Shown: positions 15,482-23,798, counted from the stretch's first letter. The stretch is 32,000 nucleotides of DNA from Candidatus Saccharimonadota bacterium (GCA_016432445.1 CP066689.1:330001-362000), one strand, 5' to 3'. The notes: a model not told the origin generated them from the letters alone. Translations and numbers: made by a program.

Positions 15482-16348
15482 ATGATTAACTTTTTAAAAT
15501 ACCGTTGGATTTACTACACTATATCGTTTGCGGTTATTGCTTTGGGATTGTTTTCAATCATTAGGTGGGGGTTTATTTACTCCATTGATTTTGTTGGAGG
15601 TACTAATCTTCAGTATCAGACAAGCAAAAATATTAATCAAAATGAGGTAAAGCAAATTTTTGAAGCTAATGAGATTAGTTTAATTGATTTTGAGGTGAAA
15701 AATAATACTATCATCGTTAGAGCAAAAACTATTGATGAAAAAAAAGAAGCTCAGATTAAAAATGATTTAGAGAAAAAATTAAGTATAAAGCTGACGGTGC
15801 TTAAATCAGAAACAGTAGGACCAGTTTTAGGGAAAGAGTTAATAAGAAAAACAATTATAGCTTCATTAATGGCTGTTGTAATAATCCTTTTATATATGAG
15901 TTTTGCTTTTAAAGGATTAAACTTTGCTCTAGCCGCAGTTATAGCATTGTTCCACGATTTTCTGGTGGTTATTGGATCATACTCCCTTTTGTCTCATTTT
16001 TTTGGAGCTCAGGTGGATACTTTGTTTGTAACGGCAGTATTGATTACTATGTCTTTTTCTGTTCATGACACGATTGTCATTTTTGATAAAATCAGGGAAT
16101 ATAAAAAAAATATCGGCAGTGGTGATATAGAGCATTATGCCAATAAAGCATTAACTGAAACATTAGTTAGATCAGTTAATAACTCAATGACAATTATCTT
16201 CATGCTTTTGGCTCTTGTTCTTCTTGGAGGAGCAACTATTAAATTTTTTGTTATAACTTTGCTTATTGGTACAATTACCGGTACTTATTCATCTCCGTTT
16301 GTGGCGACTCCCGTAGTCGTTTGGCTGGAAAAATTGAGGAAGAAGTAA
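15482..16348 (+). CDS. secF: Protein translocase subunit SecF
   Basis: 288 aa. YSIDFVGGT near the N-terminus, VGPVLG, and a C-terminal membrane domain with FDKIRE. Confidence 0.9.
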   Translation: MINFLKYRWIYYTISFAVIALGLFSIIRWGFIYSIDFVGGTNLQYQTSKNINQNEVKQIFEANEISLIDFEVKNNTIIVRAKTIDEKKEAQIKNDLEKKLSIKLTVLKSETVGPVLGKELIRKTIIASLMAVVIILLYMSFAFKGLNFALAAVIALFHDFLVVIGSYSLLSHFFGAQVDTLFVTAVLITMSFSVHDTIVIFDKIREYKKNIGSGDIEHYANKALTETLVRSVNNSMTIIFMLLALVLLGGATIKFFVITLLIGTITGTYSSPFVATPVVVWLEKLRKK

Positions 16349-16352
16349 TTTT

Positions 16353-16414
16353 TGATTCAAGATTAATGATTCATGAATAAAACTTCTTGAATCCTGAATC
16401 ATGAATCGTGAATC
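16353..16414. repeat. Heptamer-periodic long palindrome, flavour 2 (NNGATTC arm / ATCNTGA arm), overlapping a start codon
   Basis: Left arm: ttcaaga ttaatga ttcatga. Right arm: atcctga atcatga atcgtga. 16361-16376 pairs with 16399-16414 (16 positions, one mismatch, one G-U). That helix contains the ATG at 16401-16403. Confidence 0.75.
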
Positions 16415-17018
16415 TACTTTGCTTATTAAGTCTTATCCTCTTGGTGAGTTGCAGGCCAATTGTTATTTTTTGATCAAGAATAAAGAGTGTTTAATAATTG
16501 ATCCTGCAGATTCTGCTGATTTTATTCTTGAAGAATTACAAAAGAAAAACCTTAAATTATTAGGACTTCTGGCAACTCACGGCCATTTTGATCATGTGTT
16601 AGCTGCCGGCGAAATCCAGCTGAGTTTTAAAGTACCTTTATATATCTTTAAAGAAGATTTATTTTTAGTAAAACGATTAAAAGAAACAGCTAAATATTTT
16701 TTAGGTCATGAACCTTATACAGTTCAACCATCAATCATTCATGAGTTAGCAGAGGGAGAAATGGAGATATGTCCATTTAAGTTTGAGGTTATCAAAACTC
16801 CAGGACATACTCCAGGCGGATGTTGTTTTTACTTTAAAGAAGAGAATGCGGTCTTTACCGGTGATACTTTGTTTAAAGGTGCAGTTGGACGAACTGATTT
16901 ATCTTACAGCAGTCGTGAAGATTTAAAGAAATCCATAAATCGTTTATCGGCTTTGCCTCAGGATACTATTGTTTATCCGGGACACGGAGAAGATACAATG
17001 ATTGGAGCGGAAAAGTAA
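16401..17018 (+). CDS. MBL-fold metallo-hydrolase (glyoxalase II-like)
   Basis: 205 aa. ATHGHFDH metal-binding motif, TPGHTPG, and GDTLF. Confidence 0.85.
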   Translation: MNRESTLLIKSYPLGELQANCYFLIKNKECLIIDPADSADFILEELQKKNLKLLGLLATHGHFDHVLAAGEIQLSFKVPLYIFKEDLFLVKRLKETAKYFLGHEPYTVQPSIIHELAEGEMEICPFKFEVIKTPGHTPGGCCFYFKEENAVFTGDTLFKGAVGRTDLSYSSREDLKKSINRLSALPQDTIVYPGHGEDTMIGAEK

Positions 17019-17027
17019 ATATAACAT

Positions 17028-18368
17028 CTAAAACCTAAGATCTAAGATCTTTTTCAATAGTTCCTCTCTTTCATTTTTAAGTTTTCCTTCAATAACTTCA
17101 TTAAAAATCTGATTTAAAGTTTCGCCAATTTTAGGTCCAGGTTTAAGATTGAGAATTTTCATCACATCATTGCCGTTAATCTTAAGATCAGTTACTTTGA
17201 ACGGTTCTTTTTGGACTTCCTCAATTCTTTTTTTGAAAAGTTCCAGCCTCCATGATGTGGGTGTAGCTCCTGAGCCACTGCGGTCGGCAACGCGAAGATC
17301 AAGCATATCCTGAACGTTTTCTTTTCCGACATCCCTAATAAATCTTCGAACTGCTTTATCAGTTTGCATCTCGGTTACAGAAAATTGGTGATGGCGGATT
17401 AAGGTAACTAATTTCTCTTTTTGTTTATTGGATAGCCGCAAGCGATCAGCGATTTGCTCAACTTGTTTTGCTCCTATAACTTCATGGTTGTAAAAAGTTA
17501 TTAGTCCTGTTTGATCTTTGCGATACGCTTTTACTTTACCGATATCGTGGAGAAGGATTGCCAATCGGGTGATAGCATCTTTTGACGGACTATTTTTTAA
17601 AGACATTATAGAATGAGTGCCAACATCATAAATATGATGTCTTTTAGGACTTTTTTGGCCTACCAAAAAAGCTTCGTCAAGTTCAGGCAGAATATATTTT
17701 AAAAGACCGGTATTTTTCAAAAAAAGAATGCCCTCGGCAGCATTATCTGATCGTAGGATTTTAAATAGTTCATCACGTATTCTTTCTCCAGAAATATGCT
17801 TTATTAAGTGGGCGTCTTTTTTTATAGCCTCTCTTGTTTTCTCCTCAATCTGAAACCCCAGTTGAGACGCAAGTCTGATTGCTCTTATTAAGCGAAGCGC
17901 ATCTTCATTAAATCTTTTGTCGGGATCCCCGACTGCCGTTATCAATTTATCTTTTAAATGTTTTTGACCGCTATACGGATCAGTTATCTTTTCTCCATCA
18001 TAGGCTATGGCATTAATGGTAAAGTCACGTCGGGCGAGATCTTCTTCAAGAGTTTTAGCCCATTCTATTTTTGAAGGATGTCTCAAGTTTGTATAATTTT
18101 CTTCTTTTCTATAGGTAGTAACTTCAAAAATATTTTTATTGCCATTTATTTCTATCTCGATACCAACTGTTCCAAACTGGTTATTGTAAAATCCATTAGG
18201 ATAAAGCTTTAATACTTCGTCAGGTGTGGCATTTGTGGTGAAGTCCCAGTTACTGGTTTCATTTTTCAGCAGCAAATCACGAACAGCGCCTCCGACTACA
18301 TATATTTGATAGCCTTTTTTATTAAGATTATCCATGAAGTCCTTAACTTCTTCAGGTAAAGTAAACAT
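17028..18368 (-). CDS. cca: CCA-adding tRNA nucleotidyltransferase with HD domain
   Basis: 446 aa. YVVGGAVRDLLL, RDFTINA and LLHDIGK motifs. Confidence 0.9.
   Translation of the reverse strand: MFTLPEEVKDFMDNLNKKGYQIYVVGGAVRDLLLKNETSNWDFTTNATPDEVLKLYPNGFYNNQFGTVGIEIEINGNKNIFEVTTYRKEENYTNLRHPSKIEWAKTLEEDLARRDFTINAIAYDGEKITDPYSGQKHLKDKLITAVGDPDKRFNEDALRLIRAIRLASQLGFQIEEKTREAIKKDAHLIKHISGERIRDELFKILRSDNAAEGILFLKNTGLLKYILPELDEAFLVGQKSPKRHHIYDVGTHSIMSLKNSPSKDAITRLAILLHDIGKVKAYRKDQTGLITFYNHEVIGAKQVEQIADRLRLSNKQKEKLVTLIRHHQFSVTEMQTDKAVRRFIRDVGKENVQDMLDLRVADRSGSGATPTSWRLELFKKRIEEVQKEPFKVTDLKINGNDVMKILNLKPGPKIGETLNQIFNEVIEGKLKNEREELLKKILDLRF
17037..17054 (+). terminator. Compact terminator of the MBL gene, embedded in the 3' coding end of the convergent cca gene
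   Basis: AAGATC-taa-GATCTT followed by TTTT. The same bases encode KILDL of cca on the other strand. Stop-to-stop distance is only 9 nt. The sequence is a flavour-3 (AAGATCT) motif. Confidence 0.5.
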
Positions 18369-18375
18369 GCTTACT

Positions 18376-18381
18376 ATTATA
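18376..18381 (-). promoter_or_regulatory. TATAAT 7 nt before the cca ATG; candidate leaderless promoter
   Basis: The minus strand reads gtggtaTATAATagtaagcATG. No SD. Confidence 0.45.
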
Positions 18382-18420
18382 TACCACTTCGCCGTGATGT
18401 TGTATAGGCTACGTTGGGTA

Positions 18421-19344
18421 TTAGACAGCGATTTGAGGTACTTTTTCCTCTGGAGTTATATCAGCAATTACTTTGGCTGTCTCCAGGCCGATCATATTTT
18501 TTAAGATATCAAGATTTTCTTTATCAGGTCCTTTACCGTCAAAACCTGGAGTTTCGATGATGAAAGGCATATCCTTAGTTAAAGGATGATTAAGAAGCAA
18601 ACGGAAAACTTCAGTACCTATATGTCCTTGACCGATATTTTCATGGCGGTCGCGGTGAGTACTAAAAGGATCTTTGCTGTCATTCAAGTGCCACAGTTCA
18701 AGCTTATCAAGTCCTATAAAAGAGTTAAAAATGTTTAAAAATTGATCCAAAAGTTCTTGAGTGGAAAGGTTATATCCGCCGGCATGCAAATGGCAAGTAT
18801 CAAAACAAACACGAACACGTTTATTATCAATATCTGTAAGAATTTTAGCAAGCTCATCAATTGTTAATCCTATTTTTTTTATTCCGGAATTTTCGATTAT
18901 AAAAAGAGTCTCAGAAGGAGTCTCAGCTAGTACGTGACGCATATTTTCAATTAAAATATCATATGATTTTAAGATAATCTCAGGAGGAATTTCGGGTACT
19001 GCTTCATTATCTTTATATGATCCAAGATGAATAACACAGCCTTTAATTCCAAGCTGGAAAGCAGTTTGCATATCTCTGATTAGAGATTTTTTAGAAGCGC
19101 GTCCAACATGATTTCTATCAGCAAGATTAATTAGATAGGAACCGTGGAAATAAATCGGATTAATTTTATATGTTGCTTTTTTAGTTTTAAAAAGATCAAT
19201 CTCATCCTGATTCAGGTGGTGGCTATTCCAGCTTCGCGGAGAAGACGAAAAAATTTGAAGGCAGTTGCCTCCAATAGCCTTAACTTTCTCTATTGCTTTA
19301 ACATAACCTCCTGATATGGAGAGATGTGCTCCTAGTTTTGCCAT
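18421..19344 (-). CDS. nfo: Endonuclease IV (AP endonuclease, TIM-barrel)
   Basis: MAKLGAHLSISGGY is a typical Nfo N-terminus, and the metal-ligand context HGSYLINL and HLNDS is present. The track's upstream extension to 19428 would run through the hrcA promoter and CIRCE site. ATG 19356 is an alternative start. Confidence 0.9.
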   Translation of the reverse strand: MAKLGAHLSISGGYVKAIEKVKAIGGNCLQIFSSSPRSWNSHHLNQDEIDLFKTKKATYKINPIYFHGSYLINLADRNHVGRASKKSLIRDMQTAFQLGIKGCVIHLGSYKDNEAVPEIPPEIILKSYDILIENMRHVLAETPSETLFIIENSGIKKIGLTIDELAKILTDIDNKRVRVCFDTCHLHAGGYNLSTQELLDQFLNIFNSFIGLDKLELWHLNDSKDPFSTHRDRHENIGQGHIGTEVFRLLLNHPLTKDMPFIIETPGFDGKGPDKENLDILKNMIGLETAKVIADITPEEKVPQIAV

Positions 19345-19375
19345 CAATTTAATCATTATACTACTTAAATACTCC

Positions 19376-19404
19376 TTGACAACTCTTAGCAGAGTTGTTA
19401 TCAT
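19376..19404 (+). promoter_or_regulatory. hrcA operon promoter (TTGACA, 17 nt spacer, TATCAT)
   Basis: TTGACA at 19376-19381 and TATCAT at 19399-19404, with exactly 17 nt between them. Confidence 0.6.
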
Positions 19405-19412
19405 ATTGCTAA
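19386..19412 (+). promoter_or_regulatory. CIRCE-like HrcA operator (TTAGCAgag-N9-tatTGCTAA)
   Basis: 9+9+9 geometry with the conserved TTAGCA...TGCTAA ends of the CIRCE consensus TTAGCACTC-N9-GAGTGCTAA. Overlaps the spacer and -10 of the promoter above. Confidence 0.65.
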
Positions 19413-19413
19413 T

Positions 19414-19449
19414 CCCCCTTCGTCTCAATTAGTTTGAGACTACGGAGGG
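19414..19449 (+). promoter_or_regulatory. 5' UTR hairpin pairing a C-run with the hrcA Shine-Dalgarno sequence
   Basis: Core helix GTCTCAA (19422-19428)/TTGAGAC (19434-19440). The outer CCCCC (19414-19418) can pair with GG(A)GGG (19444-19449), which is the SD 7 nt before the ATG at 19457. A mismatched zone separates the two helices. Confidence 0.4.
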
Positions 19450-19456
19450 ATAAAAT

Positions 19457-20194
19457 ATGGAAGATTTGACACAAAGGCAGATTGAGATATTACGTTCTAT
19501 AATTCAAGAATATACTTTAGGCGGCGAGCCGGTAGGTTCAGAGATATTAGAGAAAAAATATAAACTGGGTGTTTCGCCGGCAACTGTCAGAAATGAGATG
19601 GTTGAACTGTCAAAAAAAGGTTATCTTAAAAAAACTCATTTTTCTTCAGGAAGAGTGCCGTCGGCCAAAGGATTCAGATTCTATATAAAGCACTTAATGA
19701 AAGAAAAAGAGATGTCAACAGTTGATGAGGTGGCTTACAAAAACAGTGTTTGGGATGAACGCAATGAGACGCATCGCTTGCTTTCTCAAGCAACAAAAGT
19801 CTTAGCTGCCCGCACAGGTTTGCTTTCACTTACTGCCACAGTGGCCGGAGATTTATATTACTCAGGAGTTTCTAATTTACTTGATAAACAGGAATTTTTA
19901 AACTTAAACTTATCGCGAAGTCTTTTCGGACTTCTTGATGAACTTAATTATTGGGAAAAAGTTCTTAACCGTTGCGTTAAGGTAGATGAAGACATTTTAT
20001 ATATGCTTGGTGAGGAAGATTTTAATGATCCTTTATTTGAACCATGCGCCTCAGTTTTTGCTGAGTTTGAATCAGGTAACATAAAAGGAATCATCGGCGT
20101 GGTTGGGCCTAAAAGAATGTACTATGAGGTGATAACTCCTCAAATCAGATATTTTTCTGATCTTATTGAAAAATTGATCAATAATAAGGAATAA
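19457..20194 (+). CDS. hrcA: Heat-inducible transcription repressor HrcA (short, 245 aa)
   Basis: LTQRQIEILRSIIQEYTLGGEPVGSEILEKKYKLGVSPATVRNEMVELSKKGYLKKTHFSSGRVPS is the canonical HrcA wHTH. Located upstream of grpE-dnaK-dnaJ. Confidence 0.9.
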   Translation: MEDLTQRQIEILRSIIQEYTLGGEPVGSEILEKKYKLGVSPATVRNEMVELSKKGYLKKTHFSSGRVPSAKGFRFYIKHLMKEKEMSTVDEVAYKNSVWDERNETHRLLSQATKVLAARTGLLSLTATVAGDLYYSGVSNLLDKQEFLNLNLSRSLFGLLDELNYWEKVLNRCVKVDEDILYMLGEEDFNDPLFEPCASVFAEFESGNIKGIIGVVGPKRMYYEVITPQIRYFSDLIEKLINNKE

Positions 20195-20224
20195 TAAAAT
20201 AATTAAAGTTTTCATAAATAATTT

Positions 20225-20656
20225 ATGAACGATAAAAAAGTTAAAAAAGATATTAAGGATGCAGAAGATTATAAAGATAAGTATTTAAGAGCATTAGCTG
20301 ATTATCAAAACTTTGAAAAAAGAGTCAGGCAGGAAAAAGAATATGTTGCCAAAATGGCAGAGGCTCGGATTATTTTAAAATTTTTGCCTTTTTTAGATAA
20401 TCTTGAAAAGGCTGAAATTTTTATTAAAGATCAAGGACTAAAGATGATTAAAGATCAGTTGATTCAAGCGCTAAAACAATCGGGAGTAGAAGAACTTGAT
20501 TTGCAAAATAAAGAGTTTGATCCACAGTATGCCGAAGCGGTTGAGGTCGTTGAGGGAGATAAAGATAATATAGTAGTTGAAGTTTTACAAAAAGGATATC
20601 TTTTTGAAGGACAATTATTAAGACCGGCACAGGTGAAAGTCTCTAGGAAAAAATGA
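20225..20656 (+). CDS. grpE: Nucleotide exchange factor GrpE (short, 143 aa)
   Basis: YLRALADYQNFEKRVRQEKE, LPFLDNLEKA, and a C-terminal beta domain (GYLFEGQLLRPAQVKV). Confidence 0.9.
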   Translation: MNDKKVKKDIKDAEDYKDKYLRALADYQNFEKRVRQEKEYVAKMAEARIILKFLPFLDNLEKAEIFIKDQGLKMIKDQLIQALKQSGVEELDLQNKEFDPQYAEAVEVVEGDKDNIVVEVLQKGYLFEGQLLRPAQVKVSRKK

Positions 20657-20750
20657 CAAAATCTAAATTTCAAATGTCAAAGAATTTTTATGCTTTGGAT
20701 TTTGAAATTTGGATTTGATTTGGAATTTGAGTTTTGACATTTGGATTTTT
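20657..20750. repeat. Heptamer-periodic long palindrome, flavour 4, between grpE and dnaK
   Basis: Left arm: caaaatc taaattt caaatgt caaagaa. Right arm: gaaattt ggatttg atttgga atttgag ttttgac atttgga. Several pairing registers are possible. Homologous to 921-1041. Confidence 0.7.
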
Positions 20751-20776
20751 TAAATTAAAAGTTTACTTTAAATAAT

Positions 20777-22693
20777 ATGAGTAAAATCATTGGTATTGAT
20801 CTAGGAACAACTAATTCCGCCGTAGCAGTTATGGAAGGCGGAAAACCAAAAATTATTCATTCTCAGGAAGGCCGCAATGTGATTCCTTCTGTGGTCGATC
20901 CTATAAAAAGAATTGTTGGAGATGTGGCCAAAAGACAGATGGTCATGAACCCAAAAAGAACAATTTTTTCTATCAAAAGGTTGATTGGAAGGCATTCTGA
21001 TGATGAAGAAGTTAAATATGATGTTAAATGGCTGCCTTACACTGTTAAGGAAGGAAAAGATAAGAGAGCTGTGGTTGAAGCTGAAGGTAAAACTTTTACT
21101 CCTCAGGAAATTTCAGCAATGATTTTGCAAAAGATAAAAGCTGATGCTGAAGCATACTTGGGTGAAAAAGTTGATAAAGCCGTTATTACTGTTCCTGCCT
21201 ATTTTGATGATGCTCAACGTCAGGCTACTAAACAAGCCGGAGAGATCGCCGGACTTGAGGTGGTAAGAATTTTAAATGAGCCAACTGCTGCCGCTTTAGC
21301 ATACGGCTTGGATAAAAAACATTCTCATACAATTGCGGTATATGATTTGGGAGGCGGAACTTTTGATATTACCATTCTTGAACTTGGGGATGGGGTATTT
21401 GAGGTAAAAGCTACCAATGGTGATACTCATTTAGGAGGCGATGATTTTGACCGTGTTATCGTAGACTATATTGCTGATGAGTTTAAGAAAGAGAATGGTA
21501 TTGATTTAAGAAAAGACGCTCAAGCATTGCAAAGGTTAAAAGATGCCGCTGAAAAAGCAAAAATTGAGCTTTCCTCATCACTGGAAACCGAGATTAATCT
21601 TCCTTTTGTAACGGTTAAAGATAATCAGCCTTTACATCTGGTTTTAAAACTGACCCGGTCAAAATTGGAATCATTAGTTAGTGATCTTATCAATAAAACA
21701 TTTCAACCGGTAAAGTCCGCTCTTAAAGATTCAAAGGTTGAGGTTTCAAAAGTTGATGAGGTAGTTTTAGTTGGAGGTATGACTCGTATGCCAAAGATTA
21801 TAGAAGAAGTAAAGAAATTTTTTGGTAAGGAACCTAACCGTTCTGTTAATCCTGATGAAGTTGTTGCCATAGGCGCGGCAATTCAGGCAGGCGTTTTAAC
21901 CGGAGAAACAAAAGATGTCGTTTTGCTTGATGTGACTCCTCTTACTTTGGGAGTTGAGACATTAGGCGGAGTAATGACGCCTTTGATTCAAAGAAACACT
22001 ACCGTGCCAACTTCAAAAGCGGAGGTTTTTTCAACTGCAGGCGACAATCAGACTCAGGTTGAGATACATATCCTTCAGGGAGAGCGGCCAATGGCCCGCG
22101 ATAATAAATCTTTAGGAAGATTTATTTTGGAAGGAATTCCCCCGGCGCCCCGTGGAGTACCTCAAGTTGAGGTAAGTTTTGATATTGATGCCAATGGAAT
22201 TTTAACCGTAACTGCCAAAGATAAAGCCACCGGTAAATCACAAAGCATAAAAATCACCGGCTCAACTGGTTTAAGTAAAGATGAGGTTGAGAAAATGAGG
22301 GAGGAAGCGGAAAAGCATGCTGATGAAGATAAAGAAGTAAAAGAAAAGATTGAGGTAAGAAATAAAGCCGATAACATGATTTATGTGGCGGAAAAATCCT
22401 TAAAAGATGCAGGCGATAAAGCTCCCAAGGATGTCAAAGAGGACGTTGAGAAAAAAATTAAAGAACTAAAAGAGGTTTTAGATAAAGGAACAAAAGAGGA
22501 GCTTGAAAGCAAAACTAAAGACCTCTCCGACACTCTTCAAAAGATTGGACAGGCTATGTATAATCAGCCAAAGACTGAAGGAAAAGATGGTGGAGAATCC
22601 TCTGCTCCAAATGACGGAGCTACGGCGGACAAGGAGGATAAGGGTGATAAAAAAGATAGAAAGGATGTAGAAGAGGGAGAGGTTGTAAGTTAA
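20777..22693 (+). CDS. dnaK: Molecular chaperone DnaK (Hsp70)
   Basis: 638 aa. [18 protein letters not shown] and [10 protein letters not shown] signatures. Acidic C-terminal tail. Confidence 0.98.
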   Translation: MSKIIGIDLGTTNSAVAVMEGGKPKIIHSQEGRNVIPSVVDPIKRIVGDVAKRQMVMNPKRTIFSIKRLIGRHSDDEEVKYDVKWLPYTVKEGKDKRAVVEAEGKTFTPQEISAMILQKIKADAEAYLGEKVDKAVITVPAYFDDAQRQATKQAGEIAGLEVVRILNEPTAAALAYGLDKKHSHTIAVYDLGGGTFDITILELGDGVFEVKATNGDTHLGGDDFDRVIVDYIADEFKKENGIDLRKDAQALQRLKDAAEKAKIELSSSLETEINLPFVTVKDNQPLHLVLKLTRSKLESLVSDLINKTFQPVKSALKDSKVEVSKVDEVVLVGGMTRMPKIIEEVKKFFGKEPNRSVNPDEVVAIGAAIQAGVLTGETKDVVLLDVTPLTLGVETLGGVMTPLIQRNTTVPTSKAEVFSTAGDNQTQVEIHILQGERPMARDNKSLGRFILEGIPPAPRGVPQVEVSFDIDANGILTVTAKDKATGKSQSIKITGSTGLSKDEVEKMREEAEKHADEDKEVKEKIEVRNKADNMIYVAEKSLKDAGDKAPKDVKEDVEKKIKELKEVLDKGTKEELESKTKDLSDTLQKIGQAMYNQPKTEGKDGGESSAPNDGATADKEDKGDKKDRKDVEEGEVVS

Positions 22694-22695
22694 CG

Positions 22696-22801
22696 AAATT
22701 AGAACGGAGGCCTGTCGCTCGTTTTTTCCCATCAGGGTTCGCGGCTCAAAGTCCGCTCCACGCTGATGGGAACCCTTAACTCGCGCCACCCGTTCTAATT
22801 T
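22696..22801 (+). other. GC-rich nested dyad element filling the dnaK-dnaJ intergenic region
   Basis: Outer helix AAATTAGAACGG (22696-22707)/CCGTTCTAATTT (22790-22801), 12 bp, extendable by GGC/GCC. Inner helix TTCCCATCAG (22726-22735)/CTGATGGGAA (22763-22772), 10 bp. Apical GCGG/CCGC. No credible ORF. Confidence 0.55.
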
Positions 22802-22810
22802 TTAATCTTT

Positions 22811-23674
22811 ATGAAAGATTTTTATGAAATTTTGGGAGTTGATAAAAAAGCATCGGCTGATGAGATAAAATCAGCTTACCGCAAGCAGGCTTTAAAGTGG
22901 CATCCAGACCGCAATAAAGAGGCGGGCGCTGAGGCAAAATTTAAAGAGATAAATAAAGCTTATGAAGTATTAGCCGATGCTAAAAAACGGGAAATGTATG
23001 ACCAGTATGGATCTTCCGCTTTTGAAAGAGGAGGTCATGGCGGGCATGGTGTTGGTGGTTATGGACAAGGACCCTTTTCCTACACTTATACAACCTCAGG
23101 TAATGGCGGCAATCCTTTTGAGGAAGTAGATTTTGGCGGTTTCTCAGACCCTTTTGAAATATTTGAACAGTTTTTTGGTTTTAAATCTCCTTTTAATCAA
23201 CAAAGACAAAGGCAACACAGAAAAATTTATCAAATTGAGATTTCTTTTGAGGAAGCTGTAAAAGGAACAGAGAAAAAAGTAAGCATAGATAGAAAAGAAA
23301 AAGAAATAAAAATACCAGCAGGTGTTGATAACGGCATGCGGATACGTTTTTCAGATTTTGATCTTCTTATTCAAGTCAGGTCTCACTCATTTTTTAAGAG
23401 AGAAGGCCAGGATATCTACGTAGAAAAAAATATTCCTTATACCTTGGCGGTTTTAGGTGGCGTAGTCGAAGTGCCGACAATTGATAAGCCGGTAAAATTG
23501 AAAATACGGCCTGGAACAAAGTCAGGTACAGCAGTGCGGTTAAGAGGCCAAGGAGTGCCTTATCCCAACTCATCAAGAAGAGGCGATCAATATGTAGTCT
23601 TTAACCTCGATGTCCCTGAAAGAATCTCCTCAAAAGCAAAAAAATTATTGGAGGAGTTGGAGAAAGAATTGTAG
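22811..23674 (+). CDS. dnaJ: J-domain co-chaperone DnaJ lacking the Cys-rich zinc-finger domain (CbpA-like class II architecture)
   Basis: 287 aa. DFYEILGV...HPDRN J domain, Gly/Phe-rich linker and C-terminal beta domains. The whole protein contains no cysteine. Confidence 0.9.
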   Translation: MKDFYEILGVDKKASADEIKSAYRKQALKWHPDRNKEAGAEAKFKEINKAYEVLADAKKREMYDQYGSSAFERGGHGGHGVGGYGQGPFSYTYTTSGNGGNPFEEVDFGGFSDPFEIFEQFFGFKSPFNQQRQRQHRKIYQIEISFEEAVKGTEKKVSIDRKEKEIKIPAGVDNGMRIRFSDFDLLIQVRSHSFFKREGQDIYVEKNIPYTLAVLGGVVEVPTIDKPVKLKIRPGTKSGTAVRLRGQGVPYPNSSRRGDQYVVFNLDVPERISSKAKKLLEELEKEL

Positions 23675-23697
23675 TAAAACACCCCGGCCTTTAGCCA

Positions 23698-23759
23698 CTC
23701 CTCTTATGAAGAGGGGATAAATTCTCCTCTTTCTAAGAGGAGTACCCCGCTGAGCGGGG
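23698..23759. terminator. Three consecutive short GC-rich hairpins between convergent genes
   Basis: CTCCTCTT-atg-AAGAGGGG (23698-23716), CTCCTCT-ttcta-AGAGGAG (23724-23742) and CCCCGC-tga-GCGGGG (23745-23759), followed by ggaggaattttt. Confidence 0.5.
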
Positions 23760-23798
23760 GGAGGAATTTTTATTATTCAAGCGTAGTCGAGAACAATT

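Noticed and set aside
18421-19428. Long N-terminal extensions proposed by the track for nfo (to 19428), argS (to 29410), the PEGA protein (from 29196), thpR (from 9607), the 94-aa protein (to 11754) and the AbiEii partner (TTG 30204)
   Set aside because: The extensions run through promoters or operators (the CIRCE site for nfo) or through the neighbouring divergent gene. They also add non-homologous residues before canonical N-termini (MAKLGAHLS, MVRNKILE, MKRKLLLLL signal peptide, MRLFLAIDLP). Internal ATGs with -10 boxes fit better.
14177-20656. Possible alternative genetic code (UGA reassignment occurs in some CPR lineages)
   Set aside because: TGA terminates well-defined genes here at the expected protein lengths (for example the wHTH gene at 14177-14179, overlapping the secD start, and grpE at 20654-20656). 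Conserved genes contain no in-frame TGA.
22736-22762. GGTTCGCGG in the dnaK-dnaJ element resembles a tRNA T-arm (GGTTCGA)
   Set aside because: There is no complementary T-stem, D-arm, anticodon arm or acceptor pairing around it. I found no tRNA-like cloverleaf in any intergenic region of the window.
22478-22789. 103-aa minus-strand ORF spanning the dnaK 3' end and the dnaK-dnaJ element; also the 68-aa ORF at 11751-11957 and the 93-aa ORF at 10016-10297
   Set aside because: They overlap better-supported genes or structured non-coding elements, and have no initiation signals and no recognisable sequence features.
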